A stretch of 64,000 nucleotides of DNA. Source: an uncultured Microbacterium sp. (lineage in GTDB: Bacteria > Actinomycetota > Actinomycetes > Actinomycetales > Microbacteriaceae). Where the stretch lies: contig NZ_CANKZA010000005.1 in assembly GCF_947488465.1 (NCBI RefSeq), forward strand, positions 99,762 through 163,761. Direction: 5' to 3'. The notes under the pieces were generated by a model that saw nothing but the letters and a program-made list of their open reading frames with translations, had not been told where the DNA came from and did not search any database. How positions within the stretch are numbered: position 1 is the first letter of the stretch; the number at the start of each line of letters is the position of its first letter. Positions 52,713 to 64,000 of this stretch are shown here, one piece after another. The position numbers and the translations under genes are program-made.

Positions 52713-53138
52713 TCAGAAATGGAACCGGTCGGGCCCCAGGTCCCACGGGTCGCGGCCCAGATACTCCGCCGCCGCGCGGAACACGCATCCTTCGACCATC
52801 ATGCGCCGGTGCAACTCGTCGTTGCGGTGCAGGTGGCTGAGGCGTTCGATCGGCAATCGGTAGAGGATGATGCGGCGCTCATCGGGCAGCACGGTCCACC
52901 GGGGGATGCCGGAATCATCGGAAGCGGGCGGCATGGCTCCCACTTCGAAGCGGACGTCGCGCAGCTCCGGCCAGGCGCTGCGGAGGAACTCCGCGGCGGT
53001 GCCGACCGAGAGGTCGAAGCGCTCGGCGCGCGTCTCCAGCGGGGGGAGCGGGGGGCGCACGACGGGGCTGCGATCATCGCGCCCGTGGCGGCCGTGCCGT
53101 GTCGGGCGCCGCGCGGGCTGCGCCGCACGCCGCCTCAC
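52713..53138 (-). CDS. small conserved protein resembling zincin-like (DUF1025-type) metallopeptidase-family genes but without a visible HExxH
   Basis: GTG 53138 gives an Arg-rich N-terminus, then RFDLSV...RIILYRLPIERLS...MVEGCVFRAAAEYLGRDPWDL. The start is uncertain; the ORF is open to 53300. Confidence 0.5.
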   Translation of the reverse strand: MRRRAAQPARRPTRHGRHGRDDRSPVVRPPLPPLETRAERFDLSVGTAAEFLRSAWPELRDVRFEVGAMPPASDDSGIPRWTVLPDERRIILYRLPIERLSHLHRNDELHRRMMVEGCVFRAAAEYLGRDPWDLGPDRFHF

Positions 53139-53299
53139 GAGCGTCCCGCCGCTCCGGTGGGGAGAGAACAGTCCAGCCCCGAGAGAACGGGGTGCACCCG
53201 TCGCTTCGGCGTCGCCGTGTTCCCTCGCACCATGACGCCATCCTAGTTCCGCGGCGCGGCATGCGTCGGGGCAACGAGGCCACCGGTACCGTGGGCGCA

Positions 53300-53506
53300 A
53301 TGCGCGAGAGACTTTGCTCCAAGGTGACCTGTGCCCGCGAGGCCGTGACGACGCTGACCTACGACTACGGCGACAAGATGGCCGTCGTCGGTCCGCTCGG
53401 CGGCGCGAACGACCCGCACGCGCACGATCTCTGCGCGATCCACACCGACCGGATGTCGATGCCCCAGGGCTGGACCGTCGTCCGGCACGAGACGCTGCGC
53501 GTCTGA
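53300..53506 (+). CDS. DUF3499-like small Cys-containing protein
   Basis: MRERLCSKVTCAREAVTTLTYDYGDKMAVVGPL...HDLCAIHTDRM. Sits in the conserved position upstream of ahcY. Confidence 0.7.
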   Translation: MRERLCSKVTCAREAVTTLTYDYGDKMAVVGPLGGANDPHAHDLCAIHTDRMSMPQGWTVVRHETLRV

Positions 53507-53533
53507 GCCACTCACGGGTGGGAGAATAGTCGG

Positions 53534-55012
53534 ATGGCCACTCCCACCGTCTCCGCTCCGCGTCTCGACCAGGCTACGGACTTCGTCGTCGCCGATCTGT
53601 CCCTCGCGGAGGCAGGCCGACACCAGTTGCGCCTCGCCGAGAACGAGATGCCCGGACTCATGGCCCTCCGCGAAGAGTTCGGTCCCACGCAGCCCCTCGC
53701 GGGCGCCCGCATTGCCGGATCGCTGCACATGACCGTGCAGACGGCCGTGTTGATCGAGACCCTCGTCGCGCTCGGCGCGCAGGTGCGCTGGGCGAGCTGC
53801 AACATCTTCTCCACGCAGGATGAGGCCGCGGCCGCCGTCGCCGTCGGCCCGAACGGGACCGTCGAAAGTCCGGCAGGGATCCCGGTGTTCGCTTTCAAGG
53901 GCGAAACGCTCGAGGAGTACTGGGCGCTCGCCGACCGCATCTTCGACTGGTCGGCCGAGGGATTCGACGGCCCGAACCTCATCCTCGACGACGGCGGCGA
54001 CGCGACCCTCCTCGTGCACAAGGGTGTGGAGTTCGAGAAGGCCGGCACTGTTCCGGAGGCATCCGAGGGTGACTCCGCCGAGTATCGGATCGTGCTCCAG
54101 ACCCTGCGCGCCTCTCTCGCGCGTGACCCGCAGCGCTTCACGCGGATGGCTGAGGGTCTCATCGGCGTCACGGAGGAGACCACCACCGGCGTCCACCGCC
54201 TGTACGAACTTCACGCGGCCGGACAGTTGCTGTTCCCCGGGATCAACGTCAACGACTCGGTCACCAAGTCGAAGTTCGACAACAAGTACGGCATCCGCCA
54301 CTCACTGCCCGACGGGATCAACCGCGCGACGGACGTCCTCGTCGGTGGCAAAGTCGCCTTCATCGTCGGCTACGGCGACGTGGGCAAGGGTGCGGCCGAG
54401 GCCCTGCGTGGCCAGGGTGCGCGCGTCATCATCGGCGAAGTCGACCCGATCTGCGCGCTGCAGGCCGCGATGGACGGTTTCCAGGTCGCGAAGCTCGAGT
54501 CGGTCATCTCTGACATCGACATTCTGATCACCGGTACGGGCAACACCCGGGTCGTCACGACCGAGCACCTCCAGAGCCTCAAGCACCTCGCGATCGTCGG
54601 CAACGTCGGCCACTTCGATGACGAGATCGACATGGCGGGCCTCGAGGCGGTGCCGGGCGTCGAGAAGATCGAGATCAAGCCTCAGGTGCACGAGTACCGG
54701 CTGCCGAGCGGCCGCAGCATCCTCGTGCTGTCGGAAGGGCGCCTGCTGAACCTCGGCAACGCGACCGGCCATCCGTCGTTCGTGATGAGCGCGTCCTTCA
54801 CCAACCAGGTGCTCGCCCAGATCGAGCTGTACACGAAGCCGGAGGAGTATCCCGTGGGCGTGTACGTGCTGCCGAAGCTGCTCGACGAGAAGGTCGCGCG
54901 TCTGCACCTGGCCGCGCTGGGCGTCGAGCTCACGGAGCTGACCGACGAGCAGGCGGCCTACATCGGCGTTCCGGTCGACGGCCCCTACAAGCTGGATCAC
55001 TACCGCTACTGA
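53534..55012 (+). CDS. ahcY: adenosylhomocysteinase
   Basis: [35 protein letters not shown] and HFDDEID motifs, ending in YRY. Confidence 0.97.
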   Translation: MATPTVSAPRLDQATDFVVADLSLAEAGRHQLRLAENEMPGLMALREEFGPTQPLAGARIAGSLHMTVQTAVLIETLVALGAQVRWASCNIFSTQDEAAAAVAVGPNGTVESPAGIPVFAFKGETLEEYWALADRIFDWSAEGFDGPNLILDDGGDATLLVHKGVEFEKAGTVPEASEGDSAEYRIVLQTLRASLARDPQRFTRMAEGLIGVTEETTTGVHRLYELHAAGQLLFPGINVNDSVTKSKFDNKYGIRHSLPDGINRATDVLVGGKVAFIVGYGDVGKGAAEALRGQGARVIIGEVDPICALQAAMDGFQVAKLESVISDIDILITGTGNTRVVTTEHLQSLKHLAIVGNVGHFDDEIDMAGLEAVPGVEKIEIKPQVHEYRLPSGRSILVLSEGRLLNLGNATGHPSFVMSASFTNQVLAQIELYTKPEEYPVGVYVLPKLLDEKVARLHLAALGVELTELTDEQAAYIGVPVDGPYKLDHYRY

Positions 55013-55067
55013 TGCCGCGGGCACGCGCGAGTGCCTTTGGGGTCGCGTGATGTCGGTGGACCCGGTG

Positions 55068-55125
55068 TTCGGGGTTCCGTGTGGTCGCGTGGGCTCGACG
55101 TCACCGACCACACGGAACCCGAAAC
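55068..55125. repeat. 58-nt hairpin element, copy 1 (perfect 16-bp stem, 17-nt loop)
   Basis: GGGTTCCGTGTGGTCG (55072-55087) pairs with CGACCACACGGAACCC (55105-55120). Flanked by TTCG and GAAAC, which are shared with copy 2. Confidence 0.7.
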
Positions 55126-55203
55126 TGGGGTGAGCAGTCTTCCTCCCCAGCTGCCAGGGGAAGGGTGATTGTCCACATATGCGGGTGATGGCGTCCGCGC
55201 GCG

Positions 55204-56217
55204 GTGGCTGTCCTGCACCGTGGAGCGATGACCAGCCGCGCACGTCCGCTGCCAGAAGGTCTCGGCGAGAGCTTCACGTGCGTCGAGGCGATCGCCCGGG
55301 ATGTCACCCGGCGCCGCCTTCGCGCGGCTGACCTCGAAGCGCCGTTCCGTGGTGCACGCCTCCGCCGGGAGGAGCCCGCAGGCGACGGGGATGCCGCGGC
55401 AGAACCGCTGGCGCTGGATGGCCGCATCCGCCGGGCGCTCCTGCGTACGGCCCACGCCTACGCGTCCGTCGCGCCGGCCGGATCCTTCTTCGTCGGCGCC
55501 GCAGCGCTGGCCGCGCACGGTCTGCCGATGCGGAGCGAATGGACCGGCCGGCCGCTCTCCGTCGCCGTGCACCCGCCCGCGCATGCCCCGCGCGGTCGCG
55601 GCGTGCGCGGCGTCAAGATATCGCCCCGGATGGTGTCGGTCTGTGAGGTGGATGGGCTGCGCGTCGCGGACGCTGTCACGGCGTGGGCCCTCTGCGGGTC
55701 GTGGCTGTCCTGCGATCAGCTCGTCGTCCTCGGCGATGCGCTCGTGTGTGTCCCGCGGGATGAACGGGGTCGCCCGCATCCCGAGCGCCGGCGCGCGACG
55801 CTCGACGAGCTGCGGCAGGCCGCGGGCGTTCCCTGGCGCCGTGGTCGGGAACGGCTTTTGGCGGCGCTCGAGTTGATCCGTGTCGGCAGCATGTCGCCGC
55901 TGGAGACCGAGTGCCGCCTGGTGCTGACCCGCGCGGGTCTTCCCGAACCTGACTTGGATGTGGAAATGCGCGCTGCCGACGGGCGCTTCATCGGGATCTG
56001 CGATGCCGTCTATCGCCGGCAGCGCGTCGCCGTCGAGGTCGAGGGGAGCCATCACCGTACGAGCGACCGGCAGTGGAACCGCGACCTCGACAAATACGCG
56101 GCGCTCGCCGCTGCTGGGTGGGAGGTCGTGCGGCTGACGTCCCGGCATATCCGTGGATCCAGTCCGCAAGCTCCACACCTCGTGCGCGCCGCGCTCGAGC
56201 GCCATCCACGGGGCTGA
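55204..56217 (+). CDS. DUF559 / Vsr-like endonuclease-domain protein
   Basis: C-terminal block ICDAVYRRQRVAVEVEGSHHRTSDRQWNRDLDKYAALAAAGWEVVRLT. The start is either GTG 55204 or ATG 55228. Confidence 0.7.
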   Translation: MAVLHRGAMTSRARPLPEGLGESFTCVEAIARDVTRRRLRAADLEAPFRGARLRREEPAGDGDAAAEPLALDGRIRRALLRTAHAYASVAPAGSFFVGAAALAAHGLPMRSEWTGRPLSVAVHPPAHAPRGRGVRGVKISPRMVSVCEVDGLRVADAVTAWALCGSWLSCDQLVVLGDALVCVPRDERGRPHPERRRATLDELRQAAGVPWRRGRERLLAALELIRVGSMSPLETECRLVLTRAGLPEPDLDVEMRAADGRFIGICDAVYRRQRVAVEVEGSHHRTSDRQWNRDLDKYAALAAAGWEVVRLTSRHIRGSSPQAPHLVRAALERHPRG

Positions 56218-56261
56218 CCGGCATCCAGGTTCGGGGTCGCCTGTTGCCGCGGCGCCCTATC

Positions 56262-56319
56262 TTCGGGGCCCGGTGTGGTCGGTGCGGAGGCTGCTCGGCG
56301 ACCACACGGGACCCGAAAC
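56262..56319. repeat. 58-nt hairpin element, copy 2
   Basis: Same length and same flanks as copy 1. Arms are 17/20 and 20/21 identical to copy 1; the loop is only 5/17 identical. Confidence 0.7.
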
Positions 56320-56370
56320 CCCGAGGGCAACCGCCAGGAGGCGCCGGGAGGCGGCGGGATGCGGCCGCTC

Positions 56371-56400
56371 CTTTAAATCAATCAAAACTAGCGCTAGAGT
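56371..56400 (+). promoter_or_regulatory. AT-rich box plus TAGAGT -10 element immediately upstream of furA (leaderless arrangement)
   Basis: CTTTAAATCAATCAAAACTAGC is followed by TAGAGT (56395-56400), which ends 6 nt before ATG 56407. Confidence 0.4.
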
Positions 56401-56406
56401 GGATGC

Positions 56407-59156
<2,750 letters not shown>

Positions 59157-59169
59157 GCCCGCTGAGACA

Positions 59170-59211
59170 GAAGGCCCGCTTCGAGATCACAGGATCTCGG
59201 AGCGGGCCTTC
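59170..59211. terminator. bidirectional hairpin between convergent katG and the aquaporin gene
   Basis: GAAGGCCCGCTTCGAGATC (59170-59188), loop ACAG, GATCTCGGAGCGGGCCTTC (59193-59211): 18/19 complementary. Confidence 0.6.
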
Positions 59212-59228
59212 GTCGGAGAGCCGCGGGG

Positions 59229-60038
59229 TCAGTCCGTCGACGTGCGGTCGAACAGCGCGCGGTGCGCGAAGCCGGCGATCAGCGCGCCGACGATCGGGAA
59301 CACCAGGAAGACCCAGAGCTGAGCGAGCGCGTCGCCGCCGCCGTAGATCGCGGTGGCGATCGAGCGCGCCGGGTTGACCGACGTGTTGTCGATCGGGATC
59401 GTGGCGAGGTGGATGAGGGTCAGCGTCAGGCCGATGACGAGTCCCGCCATCGCCGGGGTGCCGCGCGTGGCGTGTGTCACGCCGAGGATGACGAGCACGA
59501 AGATGGCGGTGAAGACGATCTCGGTCGTGATCGCCGCGCCCAGCCCGAAGCCGCCGGGGGAGTGATCGCCGAAGCCGTTGCTGGCGAATCCGCCGCTCTG
59601 TGCGGCAGCCAGCCACCCCTCGGGGCCGAACAAACCGATGAGGACGATGACGCTCGTGCCGACGGCGCCGCCGGCGACCTGCGCGATGATGTAGCCGACC
59701 GAGTCCTTCCACGGGAAGCGTCCGGCGGCGGCGAGCCCGAGGGTCACGGCAGGATTGAAGTGGCCGCCCGAGATCGGGCCCCAGGCATACGCGCCCGCGA
59801 CGACGGTCAGACCGAACGCGAGCGCGACCCCGACGAAGCCGATACCGAGTGAGGTGCCGTTCTCGCTCCCGCCGAAGTCCGCGGCGAACAGTGCCGCGCT
59901 GATCGACCCGAAGACGAGGAGAAAGGTACCGGCGGCCTCGGCCAGGAGCTTCTGGCCGGTGGACGGTCCGCCGGGCGCCGGGGTGTGATCGAGCGCGGTC
60001 GGGGTGACCGGCGCGTCGGGAATGGGATCCGTGCTCAT
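59229..60038 (-). CDS. MIP-family channel (aquaporin Z / glycerol facilitator-like)
   Basis: ATG 60038 gives MSTDPIP. Two NPA motifs (HFNPAVT, VNPARS) and 6 TM helices. Confidence 0.9.
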   Translation of the reverse strand: MSTDPIPDAPVTPTALDHTPAPGGPSTGQKLLAEAAGTFLLVFGSISAALFAADFGGSENGTSLGIGFVGVALAFGLTVVAGAYAWGPISGGHFNPAVTLGLAAAGRFPWKDSVGYIIAQVAGGAVGTSVIVLIGLFGPEGWLAAAQSGGFASNGFGDHSPGGFGLGAAITTEIVFTAIFVLVILGVTHATRGTPAMAGLVIGLTLTLIHLATIPIDNTSVNPARSIATAIYGGGDALAQLWVFLVFPIVGALIAGFAHRALFDRTSTD

Positions 60039-60244
60039 GAGAGGTCCTTTCGTGAAGGGAAGACCTGAGGCTGATTCTGCCGCTCGAGCGTGTTCGGGTG
60101 GGGGATATGTGCGGATTGCGTCGGGGAATGTCGAGCGCGGTGTGCTCGGCCCGTGTCCAGGGCGGTCCGCTACTGTGGGAGAGCACCAACATTGCGCGGT
60201 GCCCCTTGGCACCGGCCGCACCGGCGAAAGACGAACGAAGGCCT

Positions 60245-60925
60245 ATGACTTCTCGGATTCTGGTTGTCGACGACGACACCGCTCTGGCAGAGATGATCGG
60301 CATCGTGTTGCGCACCGAAGGATTCGAGCCCGTCTTCTGTGCCGACGGTGCTGCCGCGCTGGAGATCTGGCGCACGGAGCGTCCGGAACTGGTGCTCCTG
60401 GACCTCATGCTTCCCGGGATGGATGGGATCGAGATCTGCACACGCATCCGTGCCGAGTCGGGCGTCCCGATCATCATGCTGACCGCTCGCACGGACACGG
60501 CCGACGTCGTCCGCGGGCTCGAGTCGGGCGCCGACGACTACATCGTCAAACCGTTCAACCCGAAGGAACTCGTCGCACGCATCCGCACGCGTTTGCGGCC
60601 GGCATCCACCCTCGAGACGGAGACCGTGCGCATCGGCGACGTGAGCGTCGACGTGGCCGCGCACGAAGTGCGGCGCGGCGACACGGTGATCGCGCTCACT
60701 CCGCTGGAGTTCGAGCTGCTCGTGGCGCTCGCCTCCAAACCCCAGCAGGTGTTCTCGCGTGAGATGCTGCTCGAGCAGGTGTGGGGCTACCACTACAAGG
60801 CCGATACCCGCCTGGTGAACGTCCACGTCCAGCGTCTGCGTGCCAAGGTCGAGATCGACCCCGACAATCCGAAGATCGTCACGACGGTCCGCGGCGTCGG
60901 CTACCGCGCGGGCGCGGTCGTCTGA
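60245..60925 (+). CDS. mtrA: OmpR-family response regulator MtrA
   Basis: ATG 60245 gives MTSRILVVDDD. LLDLMLPGMDG motif and a winged-helix C-terminus (TVRGVGYR). Followed by mtrB and lpqB. Confidence 0.95.
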   Translation: MTSRILVVDDDTALAEMIGIVLRTEGFEPVFCADGAAALEIWRTERPELVLLDLMLPGMDGIEICTRIRAESGVPIIMLTARTDTADVVRGLESGADDYIVKPFNPKELVARIRTRLRPASTLETETVRIGDVSVDVAAHEVRRGDTVIALTPLEFELLVALASKPQQVFSREMLLEQVWGYHYKADTRLVNVHVQRLRAKVEIDPDNPKIVTTVRGVGYRAGAVV

Positions 60926-60939
60926 ACGCCCGCCCACCG

Positions 60940-62622
60940 ATGGCCACCACGACCACCAGCGTCACGTTGCCGGGCGACTGGCGGTTCTGGCGCGACTGGC
61001 GCTCGGCGCCGCGGCGCATCGCGTCGGCCTGGCAGCGGTCGCTGAGATTCCGCACGCTCGCGGTGACGTTGGGGCTGACGGCGCTGACGATCCTCGTCGC
61101 TTTCGTGACGATGGCCCTCGCGATCCAGAACGACCTGTTCGAATCGCGCGTCCAGCAAGTGCAGCAGTCGGTGGAGCGGGCGACGCAGTCCGCACAGCGA
61201 TCGCTGGATGTCGCCCAGCCGGAGGGCGACTCCGATGCGCTCCGCGTGCTCATGGAGAACGCGACGACCGCCACGTCGCGCCAGGCCGGCACCGATATGG
61301 TCGCCGCGTTCCGGGTATCGTCCGACCCGTCACTGATCGCCCCGCAGGACTTCACGCGCGGGGGGATGGAGCCCGAACTCCTCACCGAGGGGCTCCGGGA
61401 GGCCGTCCAGCGTGACGCCGAGCAGCAGTGGTGGCAGTCCATCGCGCTCCCGGATGCCGACGGCGGGGCGGTCCCCGGAATCGTCATCGGGCAGCAGCTG
61501 GTCTTCCCCGAGGTCGGCGCGTACGAGTTCTACTTCGCCTACGACCTGGCCTCGGAAGCGGAGACGCTCCGCTTCGTCCAGGTCACGCTGTGGCTCGTCG
61601 GGTTCGGGCTGGTCATCTTGATCGGGGTGATCTCCTGGCTCGTGCTGCGGTCGGTCACCGTGCCGATCGCGCAGGCCGCTGAGACGAGCGCGATCCTTGC
61701 CGCCGGCGATCTCGGTGTGCGCCTGCCCGTGCACGGCGAGGACGAGTTCGCGACGCTGGGTCGGTCGTTCAACGCGATGGCGGACAGCATCGAATCGCAG
61801 ATCAAGGAACTCGCGGAGTTGTCGCTCGTGCAGCAGCGGTTCGTGTCCGACGTGTCGCACGAGCTTCGCACTCCCCTGACGACGATCCGGCTGGCCAGCG
61901 ACATGCTCAACGACCAGCGCGACAGTTTCGACCCGACGATGGCGCGCGCCGCCGAGCTGCTGCACGCCCAGGTGCAGCGATTCGAGATTCTCCTGACCGA
62001 CCTCCTCGAGATCAGCAGGTACGACGCGGGCTCGGTGCAGCTGGAGAACGAGCCGACGAGCCTTGCCCACCTGGCCGAAGACGTCATCGCGTCGATGCAG
62101 CACCTGGCTGATCAGCACGGCACCGATGTGCGCTTGGTCGCCCCCGGCGGGTATTCGCCCGTCGAGATGGACCCGCGTCGCGTGCGCCGCGTCGTGCGCA
62201 ACCTCCTCGGCAACGCGATCGAACACGGTGAGGGCAGGCCCATCGTCGTCACCGTCGACAGCAATCAACGCGCCGTCGCGCTGGGCGTGCGCGATTTCGG
62301 CCTCGGGATGAGCTCGGCCGATGCCGAGCGTGTGTTCGACCGATTCTGGCGTGCCGATCCTTCGCGCAAGCGCACGATCGGTGGCACCGGGCTCGGCCTG
62401 TCGATCGCCCTCGGCGATGCCCGCCTGCACGGCGGAACGCTCGCCGTCTGGTCAGAGGCCGGGCGAGGAACGAACTTCGTGCTCACTCTGCCGCGCGACG
62501 GCCAGTTCGCCGAGGGATCGTCGCCTGTTCCGCTGGATCCGGGCGACGATGACGCCCCGCTCGAGGACCTCGGCCTCACCCAGCCCATCACCACGGTGCC
62601 CGGAAACGGAGCTCGGTCATGA
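60940..62622 (+). CDS. mtrB: sensor histidine kinase MtrB
   Basis: ATG 60940. Two TM helices, a HAMP domain, H-box FVSDVSHELRTPLT, and ATPase motifs NLLGNAIEHG, DFGLGM and GGTGLGLSI. Confidence 0.9.
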   Translation: MATTTTSVTLPGDWRFWRDWRSAPRRIASAWQRSLRFRTLAVTLGLTALTILVAFVTMALAIQNDLFESRVQQVQQSVERATQSAQRSLDVAQPEGDSDALRVLMENATTATSRQAGTDMVAAFRVSSDPSLIAPQDFTRGGMEPELLTEGLREAVQRDAEQQWWQSIALPDADGGAVPGIVIGQQLVFPEVGAYEFYFAYDLASEAETLRFVQVTLWLVGFGLVILIGVISWLVLRSVTVPIAQAAETSAILAAGDLGVRLPVHGEDEFATLGRSFNAMADSIESQIKELAELSLVQQRFVSDVSHELRTPLTTIRLASDMLNDQRDSFDPTMARAAELLHAQVQRFEILLTDLLEISRYDAGSVQLENEPTSLAHLAEDVIASMQHLADQHGTDVRLVAPGGYSPVEMDPRRVRRVVRNLLGNAIEHGEGRPIVVTVDSNQRAVALGVRDFGLGMSSADAERVFDRFWRADPSRKRTIGGTGLGLSIALGDARLHGGTLAVWSEAGRGTNFVLTLPRDGQFAEGSSPVPLDPGDDDAPLEDLGLTQPITTVPGNGARS

Positions 62623-64000
62623 TGCGTACACGTTCCACCCCCACCCTCGTGGGCCTCGGCATCCTGCTCACGGTCCTGTTGACGGCCTGCGCGGGGCTAC
62701 CGACGGCTGGGCCTGTCAATGCGGGCCAGGCGGTGACCGATGCCGAGACGGATGGCGACTTCGTCTTCATCCCGGACGGACCCGCCCCGAACGCCACCCC
62801 CCAGCAGATCGTGGAGGGGTTCATCGCCGCCGGCTCCGGTCCCCGCGGCAACTGGGACACCGCGCGGGAGTTCCTCGCGGAGGACTTCCGGACGGTCTGG
62901 AAGCCGCAGGCCGGCGTCACGGTGTACCGGCCCGGGGAACGCTCGCTCACCGAGGTGACCGAGGACGAGTTCGTCCTTTCGGTGACACCCGTCGCCACGG
63001 TCGATGACACCGGTGCGTTGTCGACCGTCGGAGACGACGGCGAGATCCCGCTGGCCTTCACGTTGGCGATGCAGCCCGACGGCCAGTGGCGGATCACGGA
63101 GGCCGCCGATGGGATCGTGCTCGATCAGAACCGCTTCCGCGCGGTCTTCGGCAGCTACGCGCTGATGTTCTTCGACCCCACGTGGACCTATCTCGTCCCC
63201 GACGAGCGATGGTTCCCGAAGACCTACGCCGCGACCAGTATCGCCCAGGCTCTCGTCGGCGGCTCGCCCAGCCCGTGGCTCGACGGCGCCGTCGCCACGT
63301 CGTTCGTCGACGGAGCGCGGCTGGCGCAACCTGCGGTGCCGGTGCGGTCAGGGCGGGTTGCCGAAGTCTCTCTCGAAGAGGGGGCGCGGTCGCTGGAGCC
63401 CACGGTGCTCAGTCGCATGCAGGCCCAGCTCGAGGCGAGTTTGCTGACCGCCGGGATCACCGGGGTCGACATGTTCGTCGACGACCAGATGGTGGCTGCG
63501 GTGCCGGCGCCCGCCCGCTCCACCCGGGTCGACACGCGTCCCTTGGTGCAGACCGCCGATGCGTTCGGCTTTCTCTCGGGCGCCGCGATCGAGGAGATCG
63601 ACGGGCTCTCCGCGGCGCTGACGGCGATGGATGCCGTCCACATCGACGTCAATGCCGAGCGCACCGCCGCGGCGGTTCTGGCCGCCGACGGTGCGATCGT
63701 CGAAGTGCGCAGCGACGGCACCGAACTCGTGGTGGATGAGCGTCCGGGGGTGCTCGCCCCTTCTATCGACCCGCTCGGCTTCGTCTGGTCGGTCCCGGCA
63801 GATGCGCCGACCGCGGTCTCGGCCGCCGCGCCCGACGGCACGGTGTACGAGATCGCCGCCGCGTGGTCCGGTGCGGTGCGCATCATGTCGATGCGGGTAT
63901 CGCGCGACGGCACCCGGGTGGCGGCGGTGGTTCGCGACGGCACCCGCGACGCCCTGTGGGTGGCCGGCATCCTTCGTGATCGGAACGGGGTCCCGACGGC
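62619..64000 (+). CDS. lpqB: lipoprotein LpqB, N-terminal part; 3' end outside window
   Basis: ATGA overlap with the mtrB stop. MMRTRSTPTLVGLGILLTVLLTAC lipobox. The frame is open to the window end and the mtrA-mtrB-lpqB order is conserved. Confidence 0.9.
   Translation, partial: MMRTRSTPTLVGLGILLTVLLTACAGLPTAGPVNAGQAVTDAETDGDFVFIPDGPAPNATPQQIVEGFIAAGSGPRGNWDTAREFLAEDFRTVWKPQAGVTVYRPGERSLTEVTEDEFVLSVTPVATVDDTGALSTVGDDGEIPLAFTLAMQPDGQWRITEAADGIVLDQNRFRAVFGSYALMFFDPTWTYLVPDERWFPKTYAATSIAQALVGGSPSPWLDGAVATSFVDGARLAQPAVPVRSGRVAEVSLEEGARSLEPTVLSRMQAQLEASLLTAGITGVDMFVDDQMVAAVPAPARSTRVDTRPLVQTADAFGFLSGAAIEEIDGLSAALTAMDAVHIDVNAERTAAAVLAADGAIVEVRSDGTELVVDERPGVLAPSIDPLGFVWSVPADAPTAVSAAAPDGTVYEIAAAWSGAVRIMSMRVSRDGTRVAAVVRDGTRDALWVAGILRDRNGVPT

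Noticed and set aside
55068-56319. The flanking hairpins could be integron attC sites around a gene cassette.
   Set aside because: No integrase gene is nearby. The outer core (GTTTCGG on the reverse strand) does not fit the GTTRRRY consensus. The stems are far more perfect than typical attC bottom-strand folds.

Overview
GC-rich (about 70% by eye, not computed) chromosomal segment from an actinobacterium. Gene order and protein motifs suggest Microbacteriaceae, possibly Microbacterium; this is an inference, since no database search was possible. All family calls come from reading motifs in the supplied translations.

The backbone is the conserved actinobacterial core region: accA - maf - accE/pccB - birA - purK/purE - LCP ... 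manA - whiB2-like - ahcY ... mtrA/mtrB/lpqB.

Two accessory blocks sit in this backbone:
1. A roughly 34 kb cell-wall glycopolymer locus (13.5-47.9 kb). It holds rmlA/B/C, glf, manA, an RgpF-like rhamnosyltransferase and several GT2/GT4 genes. It also holds two separate ABC-2 exporters, a translationally coupled GtrB/GtrA/GT-C-like triad, three O-acetylation modules, two tandem O-antigen-ligase-like genes and two large secreted proteins built from long tandem repeats.
2. A DUF559 - furA - katG - aquaporin block between ahcY and mtrA. The DUF559 gene is bracketed by two copies of a 58-nt hairpin element.

Points most worth a second look:
- An otherwise intact OafA-like acyltransferase-SGNH gene is interrupted by one in-frame TAG at a conserved Gln. 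Its upstream neighbour has lost its own stop codon.
- The two repeat-built secreted proteins (3 x ~270 aa and 3 x 129 aa).
- The split AT3 + AlgX-like O-acetylation pair.
- There is no canonical rmlD.
- The hairpin pair flanking DUF559.
- The conserved but uncharacterised pair of a GT2-polytopic-membrane protein and a DUF5719-like protein next to whiB.

I found no tRNA, rRNA, CRISPR array, transposase or integrase. Most long ORFs antisense to the genes below are high-GC artefacts.
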